Notes: generated by a model not told the origin, from the letters alone. Shown: positions 12,291-25,386, numbered from the stretch's first letter. The stretch: DNA of 64,000 bases from Balanoglossus misakiensis (GCA_040954595.2 CM082586.2:124001-188000); one strand, 5' to 3'. A program made the numbers and translations.

Positions 12291-14053
12291 TTCGCATTGG
12301 GTGTATTATTTAACATTTATCAGTGTGATAGCTGCTGTCTGTCTTTTTGTTTCAAACTAAAGGATCCACGAATATTGGGAGGGGGGGACATTTCAAGTGC
12401 TAACCTTGGATAGTTATGACAACAGACAAAATTAAGTGCAAATATTCACCTATGCAAATTTAGCCACTGTCGCCATGGAAAGTTGAGATCTAACCAATCA
12501 CAGATAATGATTGCGGGGGGAAAAACAGTTGTGTCATACAGATTGTCATGACCATTACAATTTAATTACGAACGCGATGTCAACGGCAGGTGACTGATTG
12601 TATCCTAATGTTTTCAATAAAATATCTTGCTTCTGTTCACTTGGATTTTGTCTGAAACCTTACAGTGACGTCACTGTTGTACACCTTGTGTATGGGCATA
12701 GCATGTAAGTACTACAACAGCACAATTTTGGTATTGCCGGAAGATTAAACCATGGGAATATTCAACGGTATGATGTTCACGTACTTGGATTAAGTTGAGC
12801 AGAACAACATACATATCTTGACAACAGAAACTGCAATAACCAATTATGTCAGAAGTGTTCGGTTTTGCCCCTTAATATAACATTCGCTAGAAGTTCGATT
12901 ATCTGACCCAGTGAGCCACGCGGATTGTGGCTGGCTTAACGTATCCACTCTTCTCAGCAAATGATTGAAGACTCTGGGTGTAGATAAGGGCACAGTCCGT
13001 CTGTGATAAGAACATCTCCGTTGAAAATTAACAGACAAGACTTATAAGACAACGTAGTGAACACACCGGTCACGGGTAACGCCCAGTCAAGTACATTTTG
13101 ATTCCCGACAACATCGTATCTGAAAGTTTTGCCAAAGAAAACCTATTTTTAACTATTTTCCATCCGTCAGGTAAGATCAACAGAATTATATTGCTAACTT
13201 CAAGTTCAACCTCTTTTCAAATAGTATTCAAATGCGTTATACTACAGAATAACGCCTACTTTGAATTTGAAATCTGCATTGCTTAACCTTTTCGTGCTCG
13301 CATGACTGAAACAGTAATATGGAAAGATAAGACTACATTTATTTTTAAAGGTGAAATATTGTCTTTCTTTTGAGATGGTGAGATTACTCATTGGGGGTAA
13401 AAACCATGCTCGTAGTGCTTCGCTGTGACCTTACTCATCGAGAAGGTCGCTTACAGTAGCAAACCACCATGGTCACTCTTCTCGTCATCGCCATTGATCG
13501 CTATTTTGTCGGATATACCGTGAAGTAAGGAAAGTTGCAACGTGAATTCTAGGGATTTGTTTGTATCAGTGACATTGGAAGCTTTCGTGTGGACATGTCC
13601 GGGATATACGCTAACGTATTCACATGTCCGGAATTATGAACAAAAAGTTAGATGTGTCGCACAACGTGTCGGTGACAGGATTTTTCAGTGATTGTGTATT
13701 CGAAACTGCAATGTACAACGAAATTATCGCTCGGTCATCGTGGAAATAAAATATCGCCATTTTTCTGGATATAGGCCTACACACATTTGCTAGTGTCACA
13801 AATCTATCGTACCATGTCACATAATCAGCGGACAATTTATACAAACATGTGTTACATCATCACTAACAGATACACCTGTGGATATAACGGGGCGTTAGCT
13901 ACGGTGCTGGTGGTCAAGTGAAAAACACGCCGTCAATAATCTTTTTCTATAATCATCGCCCTCATAAGAGATTAACTTCATTGTTGTATCAGTTATTGGT
14001 CTAATTAACTCTTCCTTGTTCAGGCAAGAATCTATGCCCAGACAACTGTTGTC

Positions 14054-17000
14054 ATGGCTACCGAGGACAAAATAGAGTCCAAAACAGTCGATGGCGAGTC
14101 AAAGGAAGTCAGCTGGGATTTGAAGGATGGCAACGACGAAATAAAGACTGTTGCTTTTGAAACGGCAGAGGAAGAGGATGAAGGAGATCTGAGTTGCGGA
14201 TGGTTCGGGATCCGTCCGAATTGGCTGCAGAAATTTAACACCGCACCCTGGTTAGCATCCGGCGTTAGTTTTGTCATGTTCTCGCAAGGCATCACGGTTA
14301 ATGGTTTCGTCTACATCAATTTGTCGTCAGTGGAGAAGCGGTTCCGTCTACCCAGCACAGCTACCGGTTCTCTTGTCAGCATTTACGATTTGACTGTGAT
14401 GTTGTTGATTATTTTTGTTTCTTACTTCGGAGCTACAAGAAACAAGGCTCGTATGATCAGCATTGGAGCTGTGATAATAGGCTTTGGTTCTCTGTTGTGG
14501 GCAATCCCACATTTCACCACTGGTCCGTATAATTACGATCAGGGGTACGGTGAAGAAGAAACTTTATGTCGAACAGGTCAGAATGGGACGGGTGGCACTG
14601 ATTGTGACGAAGATTGGGAATCTCTCTCCTATTACTACATCGTCTTTGCCTTCGCTCAAGTTTTACATGGAATAGGCGCATCGCCCCTCTACACAATCGG
14701 TTTTGCATATGTTGATGAAAATGTTGGATATCGGAAATCAGCTTGGTACACAGGTGTGTTTGATATACTTTATTCTAACCAATCATCGTTGTTTGCAGTA
14801 TGCTAACTATGCCTGTGGATATTGAGGCTGTAGAACTCGTATTTTCAGAATTGTTTTATTGTTGAGGCAAAGCTGCCTTAAGTGTGATTGGTTATAGCAT
14901 GTATCACAAATCAAAACTAATTCCAAGTATTAAGAAGAATACATTTCTTTGAATTGTTCAGGAATATTGAGTGCGTTTTCCATTTTTGGACCATGTGCTG
15001 GATTCTTCATTGGTGCCATCTTCTTAACAATTTACACCGACATCGGTTTAAGAGATGAGTAAGTATATGTCTCTCATGTGTGACAAATTAAGCGTCTGTC
15101 TACCTGCCTGACTTTAAACAGATGTGTACATCAAATAAGGCTCTTTGTTGATGAACCAATTGATTGTGAGCAGTTACCCTCGGGGCATTAATTTACATAA
15201 GTTTTTAAAATGACAAATGGTTCGTTCGGGTTTATACTTCACAGAGTGACTATTACTTTGTCAGATCCAACCTGGGTTGGATGTTGGTGGGTGGGTTTTC
15301 TGGTTGGGTGGATTTTATGTTGGATATCATCCATTCCAATGGGAGCCTTTCCAAAAGTATTGCCTGGTAAGTAGTATTTCAACATTTTTCTATCAATTTA
15401 TCCAAACATCCATCCATCTATCAATCAATCAATCAGTCAAAATGTCACATATGTTTTGTGGAGTATTGTAGACATGAACTTTAAACTGAGTGGAACTGAA
15501 ACACCACATTTTCAACATTACGCGCATCCCTCGGCATTTTGATGCAACGTATCGGTGTATTTTTTTCTGTTGGTTGCCATAGGTACCAAGGATATTCAGA
15601 ATGAGCGGCAATCTCAGGCACATTACAACAAAGAAACAGAAACGACCGTCACAAGAGCTGGATTCGGAAAAAGTTGGAAGGATCTGTTACCGGCGACGAA
15701 GATTTTGTTGACGAACCCGACTTTTATGTTGATATGTCTGGTGAAAGCGATGCTGACTTTTATAATCGGCGGTTTCACTCCATTTATTCCTAAATTCCTG
15801 GAAAATCAATTTGGTTTAAACACGGCAGCAGCTGCAGTTGTACTCGGTTTGTGATCAAATGCAATACATATTCGTGTGTCCTATGTGTGCTTTCGTTTGA
15901 GGGCTCTTAAAATTGACGGTTATCCTGGGTGATTGTCTGTGATTGCTAGTAGACTGGGAAATCCGTCGCTCGAGGGCGCTCATCTTCCTGCGAGCGCCCT
16001 CGAGCGACGGGTCTTCCAGTCTATCATAATCAAGGCCACTTGATTATTATCAGTGTAAATGATATGTGCTGTTTGAAAACCAGTATATAAGTATCGTAAG
16101 ACATATCCCCTTTAATCTTTAACGTTACTAGGGGCCTACAGTTTTGGACACCCTGACATTTTGAGTATTGCGTGATTCGCACACTTATAAATGCCATTAC
16201 ATGTATATTCAAATTGTCATCATTCTGACCGGAGTTTGTTTCGTTTATATTAAGCTTTCATGATAACTTCCCGAATTGATCATATTTATTTTGCCTTTCT
16301 ACTAGGAGCGACGTCGATTCCAGGTGCTGCAGGCGGTACACTGATTGGTGGCTGGGTTCTTAAAAGGTTCAACTTGAAGATGAAAGGGGCGTTGAAATTC
16401 AGTCTGGGAATCACAGTTGTCACACTACTCATGTCTCCCATCTTCCTACTACGTTGTCCCGAGCAACAGGTGGCTGGTGTTATAACCTCTTATGACACAG
16501 GGTAAGATTCAAAGCTTAGAACATGTCCAATATATTATAGGGAAACTGCTTTGAATGTTGTCAGATGCCTACTCAATCCATTGTCAACTTACTAAAGTAC
16601 ATGTACAATTACACATCTCCAGGGACCGGCAAGGAAAGTGGAAAATTCTTTGTTTGTTACTCCCACAGAGTTTCACTGTGTCAGTCACAGTAGAGATGAG
16701 TAATTTGCTCTGGTTGTTTCGTAAGACAAAAATGGGGATTTTAAAGTGTACGGGATGTGTAGGTCTCCTTATCGTCTCTGGGTCCATTCCTCATTTGATA
16801 AAATGATCCAGTTTATCGTAATCCTGAATGACCTTTGTATTTGAATCGCTTCAAACGATCAGAAAAGAAGCTTGATTATAATAACAAGAAACTTAGAGCA
16901 CCACTTAAACCGCTTAGAGTACATAACGGAATGTTATCAATGGAATAGGCGGATACAAAGAAAGGGTAGGTACCATACAGTAGCAGGTGTGTTTATGGAG

Positions 17001-20000
17001 TCTCTAACTCTACACAGACAACCACCAGTTATATGGTAATTGGAATAGGTTTACAGCGCATGACCAGTACAGTGAATAGGCCTTCAAATTCCAGATAATC
17101 ACCCACTTTCAATAGCGGAGCTACTGAACACTTTACGATCTATGAAGACCCCGGAGAGTATCATTATAGAAAGCACTGGGATTGAACTCAATTTCGAACC
17201 AGAAATCATGTGTCTGTAAAGAGAAAGAAGGGCTTCTTCTTTTCTGTTTCTCCCGGCATGCTTTTCTTCAAAAAACTTCGTAAACGTTGTTGCAATTCTT
17301 CGCTGAGAATGTCTTCATCTTTATTTTCTTGGAGCGCTTCAAGACATCGCATTCTTCTGGTTTTCTCCTTGGGTATGAAGAACGATTGTCTCTGCACTGT
17401 CTCCGGATGTTTGTCACGGCTCGGCTTCAACGATTCATTTTCGGTAACAGGGTCGTTTGTCTGTTCTCTGGCATCGATGGCAACTGTGTGGCGTCTCGAA
17501 CGAGTCGTCGGGGGAAACAATGAAGACATGTTGGTTTCTTTTCCATCTGAGAAAAGGGAATATGACCGTTGTCTGGCCCCTCTTATCAACTTGTTTTGAT
17601 TCGTATTGTCAGTTTTGAGAATGGCTGACTGAGGAGACCCTGCAACCACCGTTGATGAAGCGACAAAGGACTGTCTTTGAGGACGAGTTTGTCTGTCTGT
17701 GTGTCTGTACAGGGATTTCGTCTTCAACTCATTCGATATGTCAAGTTTTCCTCGTGAAACTCGCGGTGCGTACTCGCCACTTCCCCGCAAGTCTTCTATA
17801 TCGAAAGTTTTAGTAACCATTTCCATTTGTAGATTCATATCTTCCAAGTCTTTCTCGACTCGTGTCATTTCTGAATAGTGTCTTACCATGCTCCAATGTT
17901 CCTCTTTCTTTATACTTTTTAAGGATTTTTCCAAACGACGATCTTCTGTCCTGTTTGTTCGGAAGACATTTGTCAGATCAGGTACCTGAGGCGGCATGCT
18001 TACATTATTTTTCTTCTTTTCCCTGAGGCTCTTAGTTTCCATTCTTTATGATTCCATAAATGTCACCATCACCGCGTTTATTTTATGACTGATAAAACGT
18101 TCTGCTGTGGTTGTATAGTGAGCGCCTTGCCATTTAGTCCAGATTCGATGATGGTGGAGTTAAGTCGACTCAACGCAAATATCTGGATGTTTGTGGAGGC
18201 TTTTCAGGAGAGACGTTAGGTGGCACATTCCAAAACTTCAACTGAAGTACACAAGACGTGTTGCAAAGTCAGTGGTATTTCAGATGTGATGTAATAAAAT
18301 CGCACATTCTTTCTGCTCTTTTTACTCAAAAGACCGCTTGCCATGGTAATTAAACTGATTATGGTAATAGGATTAATCCGCCAAACGAAAAGCGATATAC
18401 GTGATCCATTCGAACACATTGCCATGAATTAAACACATAGTCTATACAGTAATTTGACTTATAGTAGTTCGGCTATACTGTAGACCCCAGAGAGTGGTGT
18501 ATGGCTACAATGTATACTAAGTGTAAATGACTGAGAGGATATTCTGATCGTAACCGAAAATACCGAATAATTTACACTGCATAAATCAATCCTTGACTTC
18601 AAATTAAAAAATATATAAGTTGGTCAAATATTCTTGCTCTCTTTGTGTAGCATGGGAGAACCGGAAACCATTGATTTGAACAACAACTGTAATGCTGGAT
18701 GTCAGTGCGCAGGCTCAGAAACGTTTGCTCCTGTCTGTGCCGAAAACGGACTGGTCTATTTTGATGCATGTTATGCTGGTTGCCTGGATACAAAAACTGT
18801 GGATGATAACCAGGTAAGTGACTTTCAACTCACACTTTGTAATCTACAGTAGTCAAAAACTTTGCATTCAATGAAGGTGGTCGACAGGTTTAAAAGAAAT
18901 GTTTTGAAAAGACTCTGTCAAGGTCCATTCGTGTTGTTTTTTTTTTGTTAATTTCAAGGCTAACATTATCTAAGATGTCATGTTGGTAAAACCTCATATT
19001 TTTCTTCTTGGTACTTTTTCAGCAATACTACAATTGTAGTTGCATAGATACTGACATAGAGGGCGCTGCAGAAGCAACAAGTGGGAAATGTAGTGTGAAC
19101 TGTTGGCAACTTCCGGTCTTTGCGGTTTCGTTCTTTATCATCATGCTTCTCGGATTCATGATCCAGGCACCATCGACTGTTCTCACTCTCCGGTAGGGAC
19201 AATATTTGGCCAATACAAAGTTTAACAAATTTCCGATGAAACAACTATGTATAACACAGGTGTACATGTTGTACATCAGTATTTTCCGTATCAAGCATAT
19301 TCAATGGTATGTTTGGGAAGATACTTTCATTCTTTTCACTGGAAGTGTCCTTGAAACTGATTGATTTTACAACAAACATCAAGTTACCATAGGTGAATAT
19401 AACAAATCATATTTCTCTTTTTAATCATTGTCTCACAGGTGTGTTCCCGATTCTCAAAGAGCATATGCGCTTGGTATTTCATCTATATTTTACAGAGTAC
19501 TTGGTAAGTAGGTCTGACACGTTTTAGCCTACACGAGAGATAGTGATCTCTGACTATAACAGAACAGATGATGCCCGATCGGCCATAATATACCACATTT
19601 CCTCCCTTACCACGTGAGTGCTTCTCAGTCAATCAATGAGATGCTCAGCCAAATTACAATTTACAAAAAAAACTTCCGGATAGAGTATCAGAGGAACCTG
19701 CGGTCACGTGACTGACAATTTACAGGAAGAATATGCACATCCACTGGATGACACTTGTTGCATTTTTTCTGTTTTATTCCATCATCAATGCAGGTTCTAT
19801 ACCAGGCCCCATTATTATCGGATTAATCATAGACAGTTCCTGTCTTTTATGGCAAGAAGTGTGTGACGAAAGGGGAACTTGTTGGGTCTACGATAATTTC
19901 GCCTTCGGTTTGAAGTTTTTCATCGTTGGCGCTGGCGTCTTCGTTCTCAACGTGTTTTTTCTTATCATTGCGATTATCGTGTATAAACCGCCACCAGGCG

Positions 20001-20125
20001 GCGAAGGCGAGGAGGAGGAGGGAAAAGAGGGCGTTGACTCTAACGGAAAACAAGAAACGATGGAATCGGAAGCGGCAAGATCGTCGGCAATTCAACGCCA
20101 GACCAGTACAGCAGAACTTTTATGA
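14054..20125 (+). CDS. SLCO4A1: Solute carrier organic anion transporter (OATP), SLCO4A1/4C1-like, 702 aa (paralog 2)
   Basis: Exons 14054-14753, 14962-15058, 15245-15366, 15583-15846, 16306-16501, 18651-18813, 19023-19192, 19439-19503, 19794-20125; all GT-AG, phases consistent, 2109 nt. Motifs CGWFGIRPNWLQKFNT, SVEKRF, HGIGASPLYTIGFAYVDENV, DPTWVGCWWVGF (OATP signature), Kazal-like CNAGCQC...PVC...CYAGC, IPGPIIIGLIIDSSCLLWQ. Symbol is family-level, not orthology. A likely 5' UTR exon ends at the donor at 13170; acceptor at 14023. Confidence 0.93.
15950..16023. mobile_element. Small palindromic MITE-like element in an SLCO intron
   Basis: TAGACTGG...CCAGTCTA termini; perfect 19-bp inner arms CCGTCGCTCGAGGGCGCTC (15963-15981) and GAGCGCCCTCGAGCGACGG (15992-16010) around a 10-nt loop; GC-rich within an AT-rich intron. 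Confidence 0.65.
17206..18042 (-). CDS. Nested antisense single-exon gene, 278-aa coiled-coil protein (possibly CCDC190/DUF4697-like)
   Basis: Intact 837-nt ORF wholly inside the SLCO intron 16502-18650, with an in-frame TAA just upstream of the ATG. Protein-like composition: N-terminal heptads NRTEDRRLEKSLKSIKKEE...RVEKDLEDM, basic Ser/Thr-rich middle, C-terminal helix LQQRLRSFL. Family call is from memory of the pattern only. Confidence 0.7.
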   Translation of the reverse strand: METKSLREKKKNNVSMPPQVPDLTNVFRTNRTEDRRLEKSLKSIKKEEHWSMVRHYSEMTRVEKDLEDMNLQMEMVTKTFDIEDLRGSGEYAPRVSRGKLDISNELKTKSLYRHTDRQTRPQRQSFVASSTVVAGSPQSAILKTDNTNQNKLIRGARQRSYSLFSDGKETNMSSLFPPTTRSRRHTVAIDAREQTNDPVTENESLKPSRDKHPETVQRQSFFIPKEKTRRMRCLEALQENKDEDILSEELQQRLRSFLKKSMPGETEKKKPFFLFTDT

Positions 20126-20740
20126 TGACAACGACAATATGGCGTCGAACAATGACGTCACAAGCACCCTTAGAAGGACGGGAGGGAACATGAATCAATG
20201 TCGGTGGGGTTCGGATCGTTTCGAAGACAATGAAAGAATCAAAATAATGCTTCGCTCTTGAAAGTATGGACTTCTAGATTTGATGAATTGGCTCAATTTA
20301 AAATTATCATGACCGTATCATCTTGTCAAGACAAGAAGCCACGTGACTTAATCCAGAAATTTATGGTGAAAATACCTCGTTTAATATCCCTCTGTAAAAG
20401 TGATCGCCAAAAAGAGAGTTTGTAATATCGCAGATTATGTTACGCAATACCTGATCAATTTTGAAGAAAGCGACAACTAAAGTCTCAATGTTTTCGGAAA
20501 AAATATGTAGGTCTAGAAAGGTTTAGTTTGTTATACTCTTTGCTCTTTGTTTAGATAGACGGCTGTTTTCTGCATATCACTCACATTTAGTCACATTTGT
20601 TGCAATAATGAAAGTGAAAATTGTAGTGATAATTTCACGACGTGATAATGAAGTGAAAATGGCTGAGCGAAAAATATGGTCTGTAGCTAAGGTAACATGT
20701 ACATTGTGGATATTGACTGCGATCACTGGTCACATTTGTG

Positions 20741-20746
20741 AATAAA
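20741..20746 (+). terminator. Candidate polyadenylation signal of SLCO paralog 2
   Basis: AATAAA ~615 nt after the stop, followed by a T-rich stretch. Confidence 0.5.
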
Positions 20747-21650
20747 ATCTATACGCGAAATGTTTTTATAACTTCTGATTTGATTAGGGAAAATAAGAGG
20801 TAGGAGTCAGAACAATTGGTACGAGACGAAGAGTGATATAATGAAATGTGTGACATCTAAGTGATAGCTTGTTGGCTGGCAATCGTATTTTGACCAATCT
20901 TCCAAATGCAACCATGATGTCGGTTGAACTTGTCTGTTCTGCAAACTTGTTGTGATCCAACAACACTTACTCTTGACGTGGAATTGGCATGATTTTGAAA
21001 GTGTTCAATGAATCGAATACTGCTGCACGAGTGGAGGGGAAAGATCAGATACTGAACGACACACAGACAGGCGCGCCGTTCAATATCGGAACGAGATTGC
21101 ACGACATGAATACATTACTCGGCCAATAACACGTTCAGCAACACCTGGTGTAGTGTAAACAATGACCAATCATGAACACATACTGATTTCCTGTAAGCCA
21201 ATAAACGATCGGAACATGTACAGCTGTATAGAGTGTGTCCATTGCTAGATGGTGGTCACGCGAAATGGATGTTTCACAAATTTGTACGTCATTCATGTAT
21301 TTTTTCAAATTAAAGAATGTAGACTGTTGGGTTGACGGCAATATCTGTTTCTTTGACCCAAGAAAATGAAATTATATCAACATTCCATCCACTTAAGGAG
21401 AAATAGAAAATATAAATGTCTAATGAATATGCAGAAATACACGGTTAATGTTTCAGTTCTTTGTTTGTCTCATCCTTGTGCAAATAAGTGTGTTTGACAT
21501 AATAGTTCAATATTGGATATGATATTCTGTAGTCCAAACCAACCCGCAATTGTAGATTTTGAATCACTTCAGTGATGGTTGTAATCAATGTGGTGACAAA
21601 TAATTCGTTTCAAACTTTTCTGTGGTTCAAAAATTGCGTTCCAATATATT

Positions 21651-24600
21651 TCACTCAGAATTCTCTTCTTTTGTTTCTTCGTCAAACGCATGATTCGTAA
21701 CCCCGTCTTCCCTATCGCCACATTCAACATCCAGAGTCACATCTTTACTTTCATACGTCACCGGTGGTGCCTCGAGTCCTTCCTTTACCTCGTCCCCATC
21801 CTCTTCAGTTTCATCCGGGGCCTTGTAGGTAAATAGGGCGATGGTGTAGAATATAATGCAGAGAACGTAGAAGACAACTCCAACCAGAACCCATTTGTAT
21901 CCAAATTCGCGGTTGTCGTAGATCCAACAAGAACCTTGCTCGCCACATGTTTCCTGCCACACTAAACAAGAACTGTCGATAATGGCTCCAAAAATTATTG
22001 GACCCGGCACAGCGCCTGTGAAAGGCATGACAAAATTAAACACATGTTAATAATGTAGCTAGGGCCTGATGTCACGTACGATGCATCATCATCATCATCA
22101 TCATGCATGCTTGCTTGCTTGCTTACTTACTTACTTACTTACTTACTTGCTTGCATATTTTCTCACATACTGTCATTTTCTGTACCCTTCAATTTTCAGT
22201 CTGAGTTCGCTGCTCAGATTCAAAAGTTTTGACCATTTTACATAATACCTTATTAAATATAACACTCACCTAACAGTCGATACAGCAACGATGCAATGCC
22301 CAACGCATAAGACCTTTGACTATCTGGCACCGTTCTGAAAGATCAGTTTATTCAACATTACAGTAACAATAAATGTGATAAAGTTATGTGAATTATTTTA
22401 TGCCATAAGATTGCTGCGTCGCGTCGATATGCTGAAAAATAATTGTTTACATTCAACTGTATAAGAGTATCTCGCAATAAAATGTCAGACCTGTCCTTAC
22501 CGCATTCCAAGAGCAGCCAGAGGAGCAAGAACCATGAAACCGACAAGCATGCTGAAGAAGAGAGTTACAATGAACACTGGGAACTCCCAGCATTCCTGCT
22601 CGCATTTACCGTAACTGACTTTGGTTTCATTGAGTGGAGCGCCATCTCTAACAGCGCCACACAAAACGTAATTCTGTGGAATAAAAATATTGTGTTAAAC
22701 CACATTTCTTAGAAATGTTTCTGACCGTGATCGTCTCCTGCTAATTTGATAATTGGGATAAAAGTACTATAGGTTGGCTTTGTTTTTCGTCAATTGAAAT
22801 ACCGAATAAATTTTGAGGGTTTCTTTTTTCGAATGTAATTACTTCTTGAACAGTTTTACATCATATCTTTTCCCCCTTATGTGTAACAAAACAAGGCAAG
22901 CGAAAGAATAATATTTTGAACACTTACAAAACCATCAGTTGTATGTAAACATCCTGCGTAGCAAGCATCGAAATACTGCATTCCATTGACACCGCAAACT
23001 GGCATATAGGTAACTGTCGAACACTGACAACGGGCGTTAGCGGGTGCTGTTAGATTTACCTCCTCCAGTCGATAATCTCTGGAAAATTCCACACGAGATT
23101 TGTGAGCTCAAATTATGCTAAATGGATTTCTATCAGATCGAATACGAAAATATTGCACTTATAGAAAGGCGTACATCAGTCGATTATTTCATCTACCAAT
23201 TATCAATAAATTATTCCTTACTCTTCAGGGTTGTATGGTCGAAGGACTCCTGCGATGTTCTCGTCTGGGCACCGTAATAGAAAGACGAAAGAAAACGCTA
23301 AACTGGCGAAAGTTATGCCGATACAAAACTTGATTTTTCCTTTGACACCGAAGTTGGCCTTTCTGATGACAAATCCTCCTAGAAGAGCGCCAACAACGGC
23401 TGAAAATATCGCCAGCGTACCTGAAAGAAAACGCCGAGGAAAGACTTAAATATTTCGTCAAAGTTTTCCAAAATGATCTCTAATACAGAATTTTAGTCAA
23501 AAGTTGACATTCAAATTAGTTGCCATCTTGGGAAAGTGAAAAGTATAAAATATATAAAGCTGACGTCACCTGTCAAAAGTCCAGCAACACCTGCAGTTAC
23601 ACCAAACTGATTTTCTATAAATTTCGGTGTGAATGGCGTGTATCCAGCAAGAAGTAGTCCACTGGTACAACGCGCAAGATTGATAAACATAAACGGTGGG
23701 TTCTTGAAAAGTATCTTGGAAGCCGTCCACATATCCCGCCATCCCGTCCCAAAGTTGGGGTTTTCGGCAACTTTGGCCGATTCGTCCATATGAGCTTGGG
23801 ACTTTCGTTTATCTCTGATCATCCTTGTACCTTATAAGCAGAACACATTAAGAGAAAAAAATAGAGTATTTCTCGCAAATTCCAAACTTTCTTGAACAAT
23901 TGTTTTGTGGAAAAAGTGTGTGACAACCAGGGATATTTCCCAGAATGCTGTGCGCGGGCTTCTTTTTTTATGGTGACAAAATTGAAGATGACGAACTTTC
24001 AGACAACAAACCGCACAATGACAATGACTTGGATTTATCGTACTATTTCCATCATGGAACGACAAACGCTGTTGATCAACAGCCAGTCCGCATCTTTGTC
24101 AACAAAAAGTTCGGCCAACTTACCCGGAAGTTCGGGAGAAGAAAATGCACTGACCGGAAGCGCAACTAGGACAGCTATTGATGCGGATATGAAAAATCCA
24201 ACCCACCAAGCACCAACCCAAACAGAATCAATGGGTTGTAAATCAGTCCTACAGACAAAGAAATAAAGACAACAAACTTTTCTTGCCGTAGGCATTTCTA
24301 TAGATATAAACAATATACTTTTTGTGTGTACATGAAACTATTTTTGATGAATCAAAGGGTCATCTGTGCATAACAATAACTTATGTCTATTTAAAAGTGT
24401 ACGGCGTACTCACTCTTGGCCTGGTTCGGTGTACACCCCTAAGAATATGGCACCCACAAGAAATCCGGTAGCTGGCCCTAATGTCGCCATTCCATTAAGA
24501 ACGCCTAAACAGATGACGGAAAGTAAACAAAATACACTTGATTTTCATTCGATGGAAACCAGATTACTTATATTTATACATGCATGATGATGATGATGAT

Positions 24601-25386
24601 TTCGACACAACTTCTGATGATAAATGTATAGTTATTTAAATTGAACACTCTCAGTTTGGAAGTAAAATCATAAATCTAGTGCAAAAAATGGCAGCGATGT
24701 GTCTTTCACTTACCCATATACCAACCACTTTTCCTTGTAGTCGTATTCTCATCCACCCACGCAAAGCCAACCGTGTAAATTGGAGATGCCCCGACACCAA
24801 TGATAATTTGGGCGGCAAGGAAAACGTAGAAATAATTAGAAAGCGAGTAATAACCATCATCGCAATCCTCATAAGTGACATTATCATTAACCCTACAGAG
24901 AGGATAGTATCCGAGGGGAACTCCTGGTTCGTATTCGCCTGTCACGAATTGCGGAATGGTCCAGACCAAAGACCCGATTCCCATCAACAGTGTACCTAAA
25001 CCTAACCATCTTGGTTTGTTTTTATTTGCTAGCACATAAGAGATAAAGAGGATGAGCACAAGGACTGTGATGTCATAGCTGGCAACAATAACACCTAGCT
25101 GAGTACTGGTGAGTCGAAAGCGTCGTTCTATCGAGGTCAAACTGACAGGAACGAAGCCGCTGATAATCAGACCCTGAACGAAACACAAAGCACTCATCGC
25201 GCTGACCAACCAAGTGATGCTGTTGAAACATTGCAGGCAGCCTGGACGAAAGCTGAACCAACCACACAACATTGGATCTTCCTCGGATTTTTCATTAACA
25301 TGATACTTTTTAACTTCTTTGTCCATTACCACGTCAGACGTGCCAACGACAGCCTTTGAGTTGTGTTGCTCCTCAGAATTGGACAT
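21651..25386 (-). CDS. SLCO4A1: Solute carrier organic anion transporter (OATP), SLCO4-like, 700 aa (paralog 3)
   Basis: Exons 25386-24714, 24504-24414, 24248-24124, 23830-23570, 23420-23222, 23078-22928, 22673-22501, 22334-22270, 22015-21651; 2103 nt, same intron phases as paralog 2. Motifs CGWFSFRPGCLQCFNS, SIERRF, GVGASPIYTVGFAWVDEN, DSVWVGAWWVGF, VPGPIIFGAIIDSSCLVWQ, CWIYDN. ATG at 25386; 5' UTR intron ~25411-25636. Symbol is family-level. Confidence 0.93.
22084..22153. repeat. Compound microsatellite (CAT)n(GCTT)n(ACTT)n
   Basis: Directly visible in the last intron of paralog 3. Confidence 0.9.
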
